A stretch of DNA of 64,000 nucleotides from Bryobacterales bacterium (GTDB taxonomy: Bacteria > Acidobacteriota > Terriglobia > Bryobacterales > UBA6623): assembly GCA_965206775.1 (NCBI GenBank), contig CBDBKU010000002.1, positions 2,115,705-2,179,704 on the forward strand, written 5' to 3'. Made by a program: the position numbers and the translations under genes. Below the pieces are notes generated by a model that saw nothing but the letters and a program-made list of their open reading frames with translations, was not told the DNA's origin and ran no database searches. Shown here one piece after another: positions 1-11,099 of this stretch; within the stretch, counting starts at the first letter, position 1; each line of letters opens with the position of its first letter.

Positions 1-1
1 G

Positions 2-313
2 TTCGTCCCGGCACTCTGGCCGATCGAGACTGGAAACGTGCTGTTGATGGCGACCCGCAGGGGACGGATTGACACGGATGACTGGCAACGGATTCGGGTG
101 GATCTCGAGGAATTGCCTATCCACATCGATCCCGTCTCCACGGATCGAGTGTGGGGTGCGGTCCTCGATCTCGCCCACGCGCACCGGATTTCGGTGTATG
201 ACGCGATGTACCTCGAACTAGCGCTGCGGATGCGGCTGCCCCTCGCGACATTGGACCGGGCGCTCGCAGCCGCCGCACAGGCTACAGGAGTCGAAGCGCT
301 TTGGGGCACGTAG
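2..313 (+). CDS. vapC: VapC/PIN-domain toxin, 5' end outside window
   Basis: Frame is open from nt 2: FVPALWPIETGNVLL...ISVYDAMYLELALRMRLPLATLDRAL, matching PIN motifs (E-x-x-N, YDAxY, LATLD). Confidence 0.85.
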   Translation, partial: FVPALWPIETGNVLLMATRRGRIDTDDWQRIRVDLEELPIHIDPVSTDRVWGAVLDLAHAHRISVYDAMYLELALRMRLPLATLDRALAAAAQATGVEALWGT

Positions 314-937
314 CCGGGGAGAGATTCGGACTTCGCCGAGCTGTCACTTGCATGCGAACCTTCGCCAGACGAATTGCCGCGATCCCAGTCCAGCGTGCTT
401 CCGAAACTGACAGATCCCGAGCCGCTTCCGATCGAAATGGCTCGCGCTGGCGATGCAGACGTCACGGGCGCTCCGAGCGGCCATCTGCACCGCAAGCGGA
501 CCACTCTAAATGCGAGATCAACAAACAGACTGGCGGAACCGGCCTTGCAACTTCTCCGCCAACACTTGCAGACAGTTCCGTTCCCGGTCGGCGTTGCGGA
601 AACGCACGGGCAGCACAAGGTCGCTGAAGCAATCTGCAACGAGGGGCTGTGCGCGCGTGGGCTGCTGGACATCAACGAGGCGGCGAATCCACTGGCGGAC
701 CAACGGCACGGTCAAGCAATGGCGCGACTGCGGGCGCCTGGCGGCGCATCTCTGCAATGACTGGGGCGAATGCCTGTACGAATGGCCGACGTGCCGCCGA
801 AACCGCAAGGGAGGGCAAGCAAGGCTCTGGTCAGAGACGGGTCCGGCTCATCCGCTAGAGGGGGCTTGCGCCGCGGACAGCAGGAACTCGGCAGCGCCTG
901 GGCGCGTGAGCGAGGTTGAGCAGGAGCCGCTAGCCCT

Positions 938-1180
938 GAGTCTGTCTCGAACTACTGGCGCCAGCGACTCGGCCGAGTGGCGGACAAAGCTGGCGTCAAG
1001 GACTCCCGCACGCACCAACACATTCGCCGTTGAGCCGCTGCTCGCCCACGCGTCCATGGAGGACGTAAGCGCTCTACTGGGCCATAGCAGCGTGCAAGCC
1101 ATGGAGAGGTATACGCTGCGTGGCACCGGTGTAGGCGCGACCGCCTCACGCGAGTCGTGCCTAGACCAAGAACAGATCGC
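938..1180 (+). pseudogene. Tyrosine recombinase C-terminal remnant
   Basis: YWRQRLGRVADKAGVKDSRTHQ, then frameshift, then TFAVEPLLAHASMEDVSALLGHSSVQAMERY (box II LLGH...Y). Boundaries approximate. Confidence 0.65.
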
Positions 1181-1387
1181 GGCCTTTACCCGCTTGGATT
1201 GCCGTGAGCGAGCCCCGCTCACCTGTCGCCCGCCGCACTCGCCGACCACGTCGAAGACCAACACGAGGCAGCAGGACGCCGCGCAAGTCTCGCTCGGCAC
1301 GCAGTAGCGCAGGACAGAGGATTCGGGAACAGCCGGCTCGGCTCCGATGGCGACGGAGTCCTCGGGACGGACTGCCGTCCTCATCTC

Positions 1388-1753
1388 CTACAAGCGGGAA
1401 CCACGGCAGAGCAGCTTACGCGCCCCGGCAGCTCGCCTGACGTTTTGATCGGACATCACTGGCACCTGAGACAGCTCCTCGATATATGGCGCCGGAAGTC
1501 CATGCTCGATCGCACCCGTGACGACGAGATCGCGGTACCAGTCAAACGGGACGCAGGTCGCGTCGACATGCTGGGGGCCAGCGATATAGGTCATGGCCTC
1601 CTCCGTGCGGTCATCGAAGAGGCGGACCGGTACGGAACCGTCGCGATCCCGCGCGAGATCGCTGACGGGGCCCGCGACGAGGCGGTCAGCCGACGCGTCA
1701 GCATGTTCGATCCATACGTGAAGTACTTCAAGGGAGTTTCTCGCATATGTCAT
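1388..1753 (-). CDS. Gamma-glutamylcyclotransferase-like protein, probably lacking its N-terminus
   Basis: C-terminal motif TYIA...PFDWYRDLVVTGAIEHGLPAPYIEEL; no N-terminal YFAYGS motif. Confidence 0.5.
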   Translation of the reverse strand: MTYARNSLEVLHVWIEHADASADRLVAGPVSDLARDRDGSVPVRLFDDRTEEAMTYIAGPQHVDATCVPFDWYRDLVVTGAIEHGLPAPYIEELSQVPVMSDQNVRRAAGARKLLCRGSRL

Positions 1754-2294
1754 ACGCGACCTCGACGCGAACCAGGAAGTTCCTCTGCGTTATGAAGTAC
1801 TGATACAGAAGCAGCAGTCCAAGCACCAACGCGACCAACGCGACCAAGCAGACACCGATCGCCAGAGACTGGCCGCACAAATAGCTGAGGATAGGCGCAA
1901 TGAGTCCAGCACACAGCAGCGCCGTTGCCAGACCAAGACGGAGGCGCGAGAGCGTGTTACACCGCTCTATGAAAGTGGCGTGGAGTGCAGGCTGCTTGAC
2001 GAGCACCCACATCTCCAAAGGCAGGTGTGCATCCATCTCTTTGTCGGCGAACTTGGGCAAGGCTACAGGAATTTCCTTGATCTGACAAACCGCTTTCTGG
2101 TACTTCGTTTCGTGTCCGCGACAGACAGGTCTCCGCACGCTCCTGACGACGAAGGCAAGAGCGAGCAGCGCATGCCCCAAGCCGAACAAAACGATTGCGG
2201 CGACGAGCAGGAATCCGAGCTGAATGCCTGCTTCTTCGAAGATCGGCGCGGTGCCGGATTGGAGGAACCCGTGAATCTCTGGCCAACAAGGCAC
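1728..2294 (-). CDS. Hypothetical membrane protein (about 3 TM segments)
   Basis: 188-aa ORF with hydrophobic stretches; overlaps the start of the downstream ORF. Confidence 0.5.
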   Translation of the reverse strand: MPCWPEIHGFLQSGTAPIFEEAGIQLGFLLVAAIVLFGLGHALLALAFVVRSVRRPVCRGHETKYQKAVCQIKEIPVALPKFADKEMDAHLPLEMWVLVKQPALHATFIERCNTLSRLRLGLATALLCAGLIAPILSYLCGQSLAIGVCLVALVALVLGLLLLYQYFITQRNFLVRVEVAYDICEKLP

Positions 2295-2851
2295 GCTGCA
2301 GACGACAGCGAACGTTGTACCGCTGACAGCGTAGTGGAAGACGTCCCGCCCGAATCACGCTGCATTCCGGTACATGTCGCCTAGAATATTGCTCCCCGGC
2401 ACGAGAACTCCCCTCTATGCGGTCGCCAAGCGTCGCGAGCGGCTGCGCGCATTCCGGGCCGACTTGCTCGGCGCGGAAACAGATTCCCCGCGTGGTGCTG
2501 GACGACCAGGGTCAGTTGGATGCATCAGGCCGCTCCTTCCATTAGGTTACATTTCGCCCATGCTCATCTGGCAGTCCGTGGAGCGGCACTGGACCGGCCC
2601 GGCGATTGCAGGGGGAACACCGCAACGGGGAAGAGCCTCGCCTGCTGTTCCGGCCCCAGCGTGAAGCCCTGAGAAGGCACTAACGGATGAAAAAGCGATT
2701 TCGGGGACAGGTCGGACCGCGAGCCCGGCGCCTTGCGGCGGCGCCCTGGCGTGATCCCTTGCAGGACTGTCTCGTTGCGGGCAGTCCGCTCGGCAATGCC
2801 CGCCTAGCCCTTCGCCAGTTCGTTGCTCATGATCTGGAGCGCTTTGAAGTT

Positions 2852-3139
2852 TTAGTCGCTACGGTCCAAAGCTGCCTGAAACGCCCTCTCCCGGTTCTCG
2901 GCTTTCTTGTCGTACTGCGCCTCACGCTCCGCGGCCTCCCTGTCGATCCGGTCGATGAAAGCCTTGGTTGCTTGCTCCCGCTCCGCGGCCTTCTTGTCGC
3001 TTCGGGACAGCAAGATTGCAATGTGCCGCTTCTCAGCGGCCCTCAACCTGTACATGAACGCTGCAAGTAGCGCCGCGAGAGCGACCTGCACGCGAGCGTC
3101 CGGGATCTCGAAATCCAGCCAGAAGTCCATGCCTTCCAC
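2852..3139 (-). pseudogene. Small TM plus coiled-coil protein with premature stops
   Basis: N-terminal hydrophobic helix then charged coil; paralogous to the N-terminus of 51225..51827 and shares upstream CACCAACGAATCCACTGAATGAC; frame looks protein-like past the TAA. Confidence 0.55.
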
Positions 3140-3996
3140 CCTACATCACCAACGAATCCACTGAATGACTCGCCGCCCGAGCCTCCCGCTGTATCGAGTC
3201 CCGGGAACTGGTGCGGTCCCTCCGCATCCGCCACGGCGTCTCGGCGCACCAGGACTGGCGGCAGGATCGGAAGCCCTGGCGGCACGGTCAGATTAGCCAT
3301 CCCTACAGAGCCAGCGTCCAGGCGGTCCGTTCCCGGATCCGCGTGTGTTCAGCCACAGTGCCGGGCATCGGAAGCTGCGGGAAAGGGGTGTTTCGCGCAA
3401 TAGAGTGGTGACTGCGGTCAGAATGGCCTCGGCGGGCGCCGTACGCAGGACTTTGCCGGGACGATTCCGGAGATTCACGGGTACGCCTGGGCTGGGTTGC
3501 AGCGGGTTCCGGGCCTGGTCGTCCCTCGATCGCTGCTACAGGGAAGTGATGTCAATAGGCGCATGCGATTCGCCGTTCCGCCCGGTGACTGGCTTGCTCT
3601 CAGTCCCGATAGCAGGGAGTTCCCAATGGGCGCGTGGCTCTTCGAGCCGGCTGGCAGGGAAGTCGCATTTTCGGGCTGTCGGCTGGGGGCGGTGTCGCCA
3701 CCGGGCGGCGGTCCGGGGCCGCAAGCAGGGCCGGGCTGGCTCGAACGCCTGCAAGTCGCGCGCCGGGGGAGACTCTTTCGCTCGGGGCTTCGCGTGTGCC
3801 ATGAGCATGGGACTCTATTCCACGGAGCCTACTGCCAGGAGGTCCGCCACGTCCGTCGGCTGCGACTCGTACACAGCAAAAAGGGCCGCTTACCTTTCCA
3901 TCAGCATTCCTTGCTGGCGGCTGACGGGGAGCCGGCGAGCCCGCGCCTCGCCCGTCCAAACGGCCAAGAGCTGCGGCGACCCGCCGTGCCGATCGT

Positions 3997-5336
3997 CTAA
4001 TAGCGCTGGTTGCGCGACACTCGAATCCTGCGGCTGCGATTGTCGGCGAGCCAGATGTCGCCGTCGCGGTCCACCGCCATCTGCCTAACGGAAAACCCGC
4101 CGCTCCGCGCAGGCCCACCGTCGCCTCCATAGCCCGAGTCTCCCGTACCCGCAATCGCCGAGACGACACCTTCCCCGTTTATTCTCAGCACCCGATGCTC
4201 ATCCGCAACAAGCAGGTTTCCGACCTCGTCCAGTGCGAGCGCCTCAGTCACGATGCTCCAGGAGCCAAGGTTCTTCACGACGGAAATCACACCGGATGCG
4301 TCGACCCGGCGGATCTGTCGGCCGTCGGAGACGTACACGTTACCCTCCCCGTCCGGGACGAGCCCTCTGCAAGGATCGCTGAGCCGGGCCAGAGTGGCCT
4401 GGCCGCCGTCGCCGTCACTCCCTCTATCGCCCGTGCCAGCGATCGTGGAGATGCGACCCGCGGTATCAATCTTCCTGATGCGGTAACTGCTCGAGGAAGC
4501 GAAATACACAATGCCCACAGGATCCGCGGCAATCTCGCAGACCTAGCCGAGCCGGGCTTCGGAAGCCGGCCCCCCGTCGCCGGAAAACCCTCGTTCCCCG
4601 GTTCCGGCCAGCGTCGAGATCGTGCCCGCCTGGTCAGCCGTGCGAATCCTCCAATTCGAGCGGTCAGCGAAATGGACTCTTCCAATCCCGTCTGCCGCGA
4701 TTGCACCCGGGCTTCTCAGCTCTGCCGCAGTCGCCGGCCCGCCGTCCCCGCTGTAGCCCGAATCTCCGGATCCGGCGAACGGAGTCACCATCCCCGAAGC
4801 ATCCAGCTTCCATATGCGGCCTCGGTCGCTGAAGACCACCTCTCCTGGGGCGATCGGAGCAACACCCGCTGGCCCTTCAAGCGGAATCCCGAGAGCCGTG
4901 CCCCCGTCTTCGGTCCATGGCGAGGCGCCTGAACCCGCGAAGGTGCTGATAGTGCCGCCCGAGTCGATTCGGCGGATCCTGTCGTACACGGCCGCATAAG
5001 CGTTGCCCATGCCGTCCACTTCGACGGCGCGAGGATAGCTCACATAGGCCTCGACCGCGGGTCCCCCGTCCCGTCGGGTGCAGCAAGTCCCACCTCCGGC
5101 GATTGTCGTGATCACCCCGGACTGATCGACCCGACGAATTCTCCTGTTCAGGTAGTCGGCGATGTAAACCCTCCCAGCTTCGTCCACCGCGACCCCCCGG
5201 GGCCGGTCGAACCGAGCCTCGGTCGCTGGCCCTCCGTCCCCTGAGTAGCCCTCCTCGCCGGTACCCGCAAAGGTTGTGATCATACCGGCCGTATCGATCC
5301 TGCGAATCCGGCTGTTCTCGTAGGCGGCGACGTAAG
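3997..5336 (-). pseudogene. NHL-repeat protein, 5' truncated by IS, with in-frame TAG at 4543-4545
   Basis: Repeated AGTG..GYSGDGGPA..A.L..P.GVAVD..G.VYIAD..N.RIRRID units; ORFs 4543.. and 3997..4518 are in the same frame; paralog at 62901-64000. Confidence 0.85.
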
Positions 5337-5342
5337 TGTTCC

Positions 5343-6450
5343 CGCTGCTGCTGCTGTGGGACGCGCTGCGCTGCCTGATCCGGGTCACGGCGCTGGCCTG
5401 CGAGCAGCACAGCCTGGACGGCTGGCGGCAGAGCGCGCATCGGGTCCGGAAGGTGCGCAGCCTGTTCAACCGGGTGCGCTCGTCGAAGCGACGGAACCGG
5501 CAGCCGCGACGGGTGCAGGAGTACTTGCGGCAGGCGCGCTGGATTGCCGAGCGCGCGAAGGAGTCGCTGGAGCGGTTGGAGGGGGTGCAGGCGGGAGCGG
5601 AAAGCGTCCACGCAATCCAGTACTTGCTGGAACACGCGGAGCGCCAGATCGACCAGGTGGAGGGGCGCGTGCTGGGAGGGGAGACGATTCCGCAAGAGGA
5701 GAAGGTGTTCTCGATCTTCGAGCCGCACACGCGCTGGTGCGCGAAGGGCAAGGCGGCGCGCCCGGTGGAGCGGGGCGTGCCAGTCTGCATCGTGGAAGAC
5801 CAGTACCAGTTCGTGCTGGGCTGGACGATCGAGTGGTCCGGGGGGGACACCGACATCGCGGTGCCGCTGGTCAAGGCCTGCCAGGAAGCGTATCCGGAAC
5901 TGCACGCGTGCAGTTTCGACAAGGGGTTCCACAGCGCGGCAAACCGGGCGGCGCTGGACGGGATCCTGGCACTGAACGCGCTGCCGGGGAAGGGACGGCT
6001 GAGCGGCAAGGACAAGGAGCGGGAGGGCGCGGAGGAGTTCGTCTAGGCGAGGCGGCAGCATCCGGCGGTGGAGTCGGCGACCAACAACCTGGAGCGGAGG
6101 GGCCTGGATCGCGTGCGCACGCACGGCAAGGAAGGCTTCCAGCGGACGGTGGCGCTGGCGGTGGTGGCGGCGAACCTGCACCGGATCGGGCTGATCCTGC
6201 AGAGACAGGAACGCAAGACGCTCCGACTCGCTGCCTGAGAGCCGCAGGCCAGACACAATCGCAGTCTGCAAAGGACGGCTGGGAGTGCTGCGTCCGCGGG
6301 CCGGGACCGCCCAGTTTCAGTGCCCACGAGCCGGTCCCCAACACCACTCGCCGCATTGTGAGAAGCAGCCTCAATCCGCACAAAGCCCCCCCATCACGCT
6401 ACCGAAAATGGGCGCCTCCCCAATACGGGGGTTTTCGGGCAGACACTAGC
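5343..6450 (+). mobile_element. ISNCY/IS5-like transposase remnant (5' truncated, in-frame TAG at 6044-6046) with right end
   Basis: KVFSIFEPHTRW..KGK, SFDKGFHS, then HPAVESATNNLE after the stop; terminal GGGTTTTCGGGCAGACACTAG. Confidence 0.8.
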
Positions 6451-6898
6451 TAACGACTACTCCATTGACAATAAGGCACTTACCAACATTGCACTTGGCA
6501 GCGCAGCGTGAAGACGCGCCGGGCGCTCATCCTTGACCGGTAGTGCCTTCAATCGAAGCCTTCGATGCCCTATCCGCCAAGTGTATCCGGGTCTCTCTCT
6601 CATCTTTGGCGACTATCTTGAAAGCATGAGAGACATACTGTTCTCCAGCGAGTACGAGTCCTACGGAGGCAAACGTCACTTTGTTGCGTGGTTGTCGGGG
6701 GCGGATGATAGTCTGGATCTCTAGCCGTTGGTAGACCCAACAGCTAGCCCAATCGAGCAAGGCACTGGCCGGCGACAATTACTCTGGCCCGGGTCGGACG
6801 CTTGTCCGAGGTTTTCGGGCAGCACTCGGAAAAACTGCGCAAACTGGCAAGAAATAGCCTTATTAGGCGAATTTTACTGTGTTTTTCTCCGAAAATAC

Positions 6899-6927
6899 TT
6901 GATTCCTGCGATTCTATCCGATATACT
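6899..6927 (+). promoter_or_regulatory. Sigma70-like promoter of hicAB, probably leaderless
   Basis: TTGATT, 17 bp spacer, TATACT, then a TTG start 6 nt downstream. Confidence 0.55.
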
Positions 6928-6933
6928 ATAGAC

Positions 6934-7140
6934 TTGAACGGCAGGGAGTTCATGAGACGCGCCAAGCGGTACGCAGCAAGGAACCGCCTGGACTTCCGGT
7001 TCGAGCGGGGCGAGGGCAAGGGGAGCCACGGTCAGTTGTACGTCGGTCGTAGGCGGACCATGGTCAAACGCACCGAGCTCAGCAAGGGCCTGCTGCGGAA
7101 CATGCTCCGAGACCTAGGGATCAACAAGGAGGACTTCTGA
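6934..7140 (+). CDS. hicA: HicA toxin
   Basis: Small basic protein with GKGSH motif and ELSKGLLRNMLRDLGI; directly upstream of hicB. Confidence 0.8.
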   Translation: MNGREFMRRAKRYAARNRLDFRFERGEGKGSHGQLYVGRRRTMVKRTELSKGLLRNMLRDLGINKEDF

Positions 7141-7141
7141 A

Positions 7142-7585
7142 ATGCGATATGCCTACCCATGCAGGATCGACCGGGACGAGGACGGCGCGTTCGTCGTTTC
7201 CTTCCCGGACGTGACCGGAGCCAACACCGGTGCTGACGAACGTGCCGAGGCGCTGGAGCTGGCCGAGGACGCGCTCGCGGGGGCGCTCGGGATGTACGTC
7301 GAACTGCGGGAACCCATCCCTGTTCCGAGCCCCGTCATGGACGGTCAGGAGGTCGTCGCGGTGGACCTGGTGACGGCGGCCAAGCTGGAACTGTACACCG
7401 CGATGCGGGACCGGGGCGTGACCAAGCGCGCACTGGCGAAACGGCTGGGATTGTCCGATACCACCGTGGGCCGCCTGATCGCCCCGAACCGCCGTTCCCG
7501 CATCGACCGCATTGCCAAGGCGCTCCGGGCGGTGGGCCGGGGCCTCGTGGTCGAGGGCCGGACAGACCCCACTAGCGCGGACTGA
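7142..7585 (+). CDS. hicB: HicB antitoxin with C-terminal HTH
   Basis: FVVSFPDVTGANTGADERAEALELAEDAL...PIPVPS plus HTH (KRALAKRLG). Confidence 0.9.
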   Translation: MRYAYPCRIDRDEDGAFVVSFPDVTGANTGADERAEALELAEDALAGALGMYVELREPIPVPSPVMDGQEVVAVDLVTAAKLELYTAMRDRGVTKRALAKRLGLSDTTVGRLIAPNRRSRIDRIAKALRAVGRGLVVEGRTDPTSAD

Positions 7586-7596
7586 CTGGGCTACCT

Positions 7597-7848
7597 TCAA
7601 GGGCGGTTGCTATCGAAGTAATCCGGTTTGACCTTGATCACTTCACGTGCCCATAGATAGGTGTACCGAAGCGCGAAAACCACTCCGACGACGGGCGAGC
7701 TGACGGCGATCCCGCCGCCGATTGACATGGCGTCGGGGAGCATCATGAAGAACGGCCACATCGTGACGAACCCTATGATCACGGTGTAGGCGCAGGCCGA
7801 AGGCGTAGCCATCGATGAAGTGAGCACGTTGCTCGGCCATCGCTCCAT
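7597..7848 (-). CDS. Small hypothetical membrane protein or fragment
   Basis: 83-aa ORF with two hydrophobic segments. Confidence 0.3.
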   Translation of the reverse strand: MERWPSNVLTSSMATPSACAYTVIIGFVTMWPFFMMLPDAMSIGGGIAVSSPVVGVVFALRYTYLWAREVIKVKPDYFDSNRP

Positions 7849-8859
7849 ACAGACTGCGGAACGGCATTACGCTAGCTGGGACCGGCATCGGCGCGGGCGT
7901 CTCAGGGACACGATCGCCGTCCCGCTGCTCGCCGATGTGTCGATCAAGGACGTGTGAGCTTGCCGTTGGGCCACAGCAGCGTGAAAGAACCACGGAGGGC
8001 GACTATGCTCCGCGGGACCGGTCCCGGCGCGATTCGTGTGGGACGCCCACCAGCGGGACCCGCCGCTCTCGGATCTGTACGGGGATCTCACTTGGGAACC
8101 GAACCTGGGCGGCCAGATTCGAATCGAGTGCGCAAGCCCATGATTTCAGGGGATATACGGCCTATCGGCCGGTAGCCCGCAGTCAATCGCAACGCGCGAT
8201 CTCCAGTCGAGCAACCTTATCCGCACAAGAATCCCACCGCATCGACAATAGGCAAGCATCAAGGACGACGGATTCGATTCGTAGCAATTGCGGGGTTGAT
8301 CCGACTCGAACAGCGCCCAATAATGCTGGGCCAAGTGCCTGCTATGCACCTTGCCCCGCGACACACCTCCAAAGTGGGGGGGGGTGGGATTACGGCCGCA
8401 TATCCTCCTTGAACTCCGCATGCATCTCGGATAAGCGACCAAGGCCCTGGAATGGGTGCGTGCGGCCTCAAGAACTTGCCAACCAGATGGTGACCAACCA
8501 ACACGCCGCCGCCGGGAGCCCTTGGAAACAGGGTTTCCGTGGAGCCAACTGCATGCAAGCCTCTACGACACCTATTCGCCGCCGCCGCCATGCATGGCGT
8601 CCAAACGTTCTGCCCAAAGCAAGAGGACACCGACGCCTTCGCACAGAGCAAGCCATCTGCAATCGGCTGGTTCAGCCCCAACCGGATACTCAGCGGATTG
8701 ATGAACCTCGACGCCGAACTCCCGTTCCAGTCCGGTAATCAGGCCATCACGATGAATCGGACGAGCGCGGCGCTCGCCACACCGAGAATCACCCAGAAAA
8801 CCCCGATTCACGACTTCTTTGGCCCCATTAGGCGTCATCCAAAGCAACAGTTGACGGGC

Positions 8860-9062
8860 CTAGCGCCTGTCCAGCGCCTTGTACCACCTGCGCACAGTCG
8901 GACCGCCGGACGCGTCATCGTACCTAAAACACTCGGCAAGGTCGTCGATGGAGCCGATTATTGCGTGGAGCGCCGGAGCCGAGAGGCTGCTTCCCGAACT
9001 CGTCTCGTAGTGACTGACCCAGTTGCCGACAATCGCGGGCACATGCGAGTGGTCAACATCTA
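8860..9062 (-). pseudogene. C-terminal fragment of an unidentified protein, cut at the RIT palindrome
   Basis: Protein-like IVGNWVSHYETSS...IDDLAECFRY; begins right beside the 9068 palindrome. Confidence 0.3.
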
Positions 9063-9067
9063 GAATC

Positions 9068-9099
9068 TGCCGCTAATTCCGAGCTCGGAATTAGCGGCA
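9068..9099. repeat. Perfect 32-bp palindrome at a RIT junction
   Basis: TGCCGC TAATTCCGAG|CTCGGAATTA GCGGCA; contains the CGGAAT motif also seen at the RIT end 10340-10363. Confidence 0.95.
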
Positions 9100-9292
9100 C
9101 CGGTTCGCTGTCCGAACGCTGCTGCGGTGGTACCGCGACGGCGTCGATGTCGAGAGCCATCTGCCCTGTCTTGCGACCTATCTCGGACATGCGCACATGA
9201 GCGATACCTACGGGTATCTCACGGCCACCCCGGAACTGCTCCAGCTTGCTGCCAAGCGCCTCGACAGCGCAACCCGGAGGCTGCCTGCATGA
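9095..9292 (+). pseudogene. RitB-like tyrosine recombinase C-terminus, beginning exactly at the Arg-His codons
   Basis: RHRFAVRTLLRWYRDGVDVESHLPCLATYLGHAHMSDTYGYLTATPELL; homologous to the end of 24747..25691; ATGA overlap with the next gene. Confidence 0.85.
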
Positions 9293-10290
9293 CGTCCACA
9301 GCCGAATTCGCCCGCCTCCTGGCCGCCTTCTTCACCGACCGCCTCCAGCAGCAGCGGCGAGCCGGCCCCCATACCGTCGCCAGCTACCGGGACACCTTCC
9401 GCCTGCTCGTCCGTTACGCCCTGCGGGAATTGCACAAAGCGCCTGCCGCTCTGGAACTCGGCGATTTGGACACCGAGTTCCTCGGCGGCTTCCTGAACCA
9501 CCTTGAGATCGAGCGTGGCAACGACGCGCGGACCCGCAATGCCCGCTTGGTCGCAATCCGCTCCTTCTTCGGCTACGTCGCCGGGCAGGAGCCGCGGCAC
9601 GCGGCCTTGGCGCAACGCGTTCTGGCCATGCCGGCGAAGCGCTATACTCGCCGCCCGGTCGATTTCCTCGACCGCGACGAAATCGAGGCGCTGCTGGCAG
9701 CTCCGGACACGAGCACCCGGGCGTCGCGACCGCGCCCTGCTGGTCGTGGCGGTGCAGACCGGGCTGCGAGCGTCGGAACTGATCACCCTGAGTTGTGGAA
9801 TGCCCAGCTTGGCACGGGTGCCCATGTGCGCTGCGAGGGCAAGGGACGCAAGGAGCGTTGCACGCCGCTGCGCAAGGACTCGGCGGCGGCGTTGCGAACC
9901 TGGCTGGAAGAACGGCGCGGCGCACCGGACGCACCGGTCTTTCCCCACCGCAGTGGGGTCGCGCTCAGCCACGACGGGCTCGCCTACCTGCTGGCCAAGC
10001 ACGTAAAGGTCGCCCGAAAGACCTGTCCCTCGCTGACAGGGAAACGCGTCACTCCCCATGTGCTGCGCCACAGCGCGGCCATGGAATTGCTGCAGAACGG
10101 CGTCGATCGCAACGTGATTGCGCTATGGCTGGGCCACGAGTCGGTCGAGACCACCTATGTCTATCTGCACGCGAACCTCAAGCTGAAGGAGGCGGCCATG
10201 GCAAAGACCACTCCCTCTCAGGTGCCACCGAACCGGTACCGCCCCGAGGACGAGTTGCTGGCGTTCCTGAACAGCCGGTGGATATTCCGA
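9289..10290 (+). pseudogene. RitC-like tyrosine recombinase with compensating frameshifts at ~9715-9800
   Basis: Homologous to 25688..26686 (HTVASYRDTFRLL, GKGRKERCTPL, HVLRHSAAM, LWLGHESVETT); the RDRAL..QTGLRASE segment lies in another frame. Confidence 0.85.
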
Positions 10291-10364
10291 GTCAGATGTC
10301 TCATTCCGCACGAGCCCCGCCAGTCTTAAACCGTCAACTCGGAATAAGCCGAAACGCGGAATAG
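10283..10364. repeat. Right end of remnant RIT element
   Basis: TATTCCGAG followed by inverted CTCGGAATA and CGCGGAATA; the two CGGAATA copies are 17 bp apart (10340, 10357). Confidence 0.7.
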
Positions 10365-11090
10365 TGCCTTCAGTACGTGGGGATGGACGCGCTTGGCGGC
10401 CAGCGTCGGCACGGAGTTCGAGGCGACACCCGCATGCTTGCGCAGGATGCAGCGCACACCGAATCGCGTCAAGGGATGGCCAGAGCGATTGCGGAACAGC
10501 GGCTGCCTGCCGGCGGGATCCACGCCGCGGATTCGCATCAGCTCTCGCAGCAGCGCTGCGGTTTCCTTCCACAAGGGGCAATAGCGGCATTTGTCTCCCT
10601 TCCCGCGCAGTAGCGGTTGGCGCGGCCGGTCCAGTTGCAGGTCACAGGGACGCAGATCGAGGATTTCCTGGACCCGCGCCCCGGTGGTACAACAGCAGCG
10701 GCAGGGCGCGTTCCATGGCCTTCCCCTCGGCCGTGACGAGCAGCGCCCGGACCTCGCTTCTCGACAGCGGCATGGTGGGCGGCGCGTCGTCCTTGGGGAC
10801 CCGGAGCTTCGCCGCCGGCGGGCGCTCGATCCAGTCCGCATCGACCGCGAACGAGAAGAACGCCTTGGCCTGGGCGATCCGGGTCCGGCCGGTCCCCGGC
10901 GCGAGATTCCAAGACTGCCTCCAATCCCTGAGAACGCCGCTGCCCACCTGCTCGATGTCCTCGGCTCCGCGGTCGGTCGCGTACTGCCGCAGCACGCGCA
11001 GGAGGATCCCGTAGCCGCGCAGCGTCTCGCTTTTCCGCCCTTGGGCGTTCATGTCCCGCAAGAAAGCCTCGCACGTATCGGACAGCTTCG
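10365..11090 (-). pseudogene. Chimeric, frameshifted tyrosine recombinase truncated at HPHVL(RH)
   Basis: Core-binding N-terminal part (ETLRGY..KAFFSFAV..WIERPPA) joined to TGARVQEIL..GKGDK..RVHPHVL; ends at the RIT terminus. Confidence 0.75.
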
Positions 11091-11099
11091 TGCGGCGCC

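Noticed and set aside
4543-6015. 490-aa ORF as one novel NHL fusion protein
   Set aside because: Its N-terminal half is the antisense reading of the ISNCY transposase.
7860-8850. Overlapping short ORFs in a lower-GC stretch
   Set aside because: No frame gives a recognisable or uninterrupted protein; probably a degraded gene.
9127-10329. 400-aa ORF as an intact integrase
   Set aside because: The apparent continuity comes from compensating frameshifts; the catalytic TGLR segment is out of frame and the N-terminal extension is ritB DNA.
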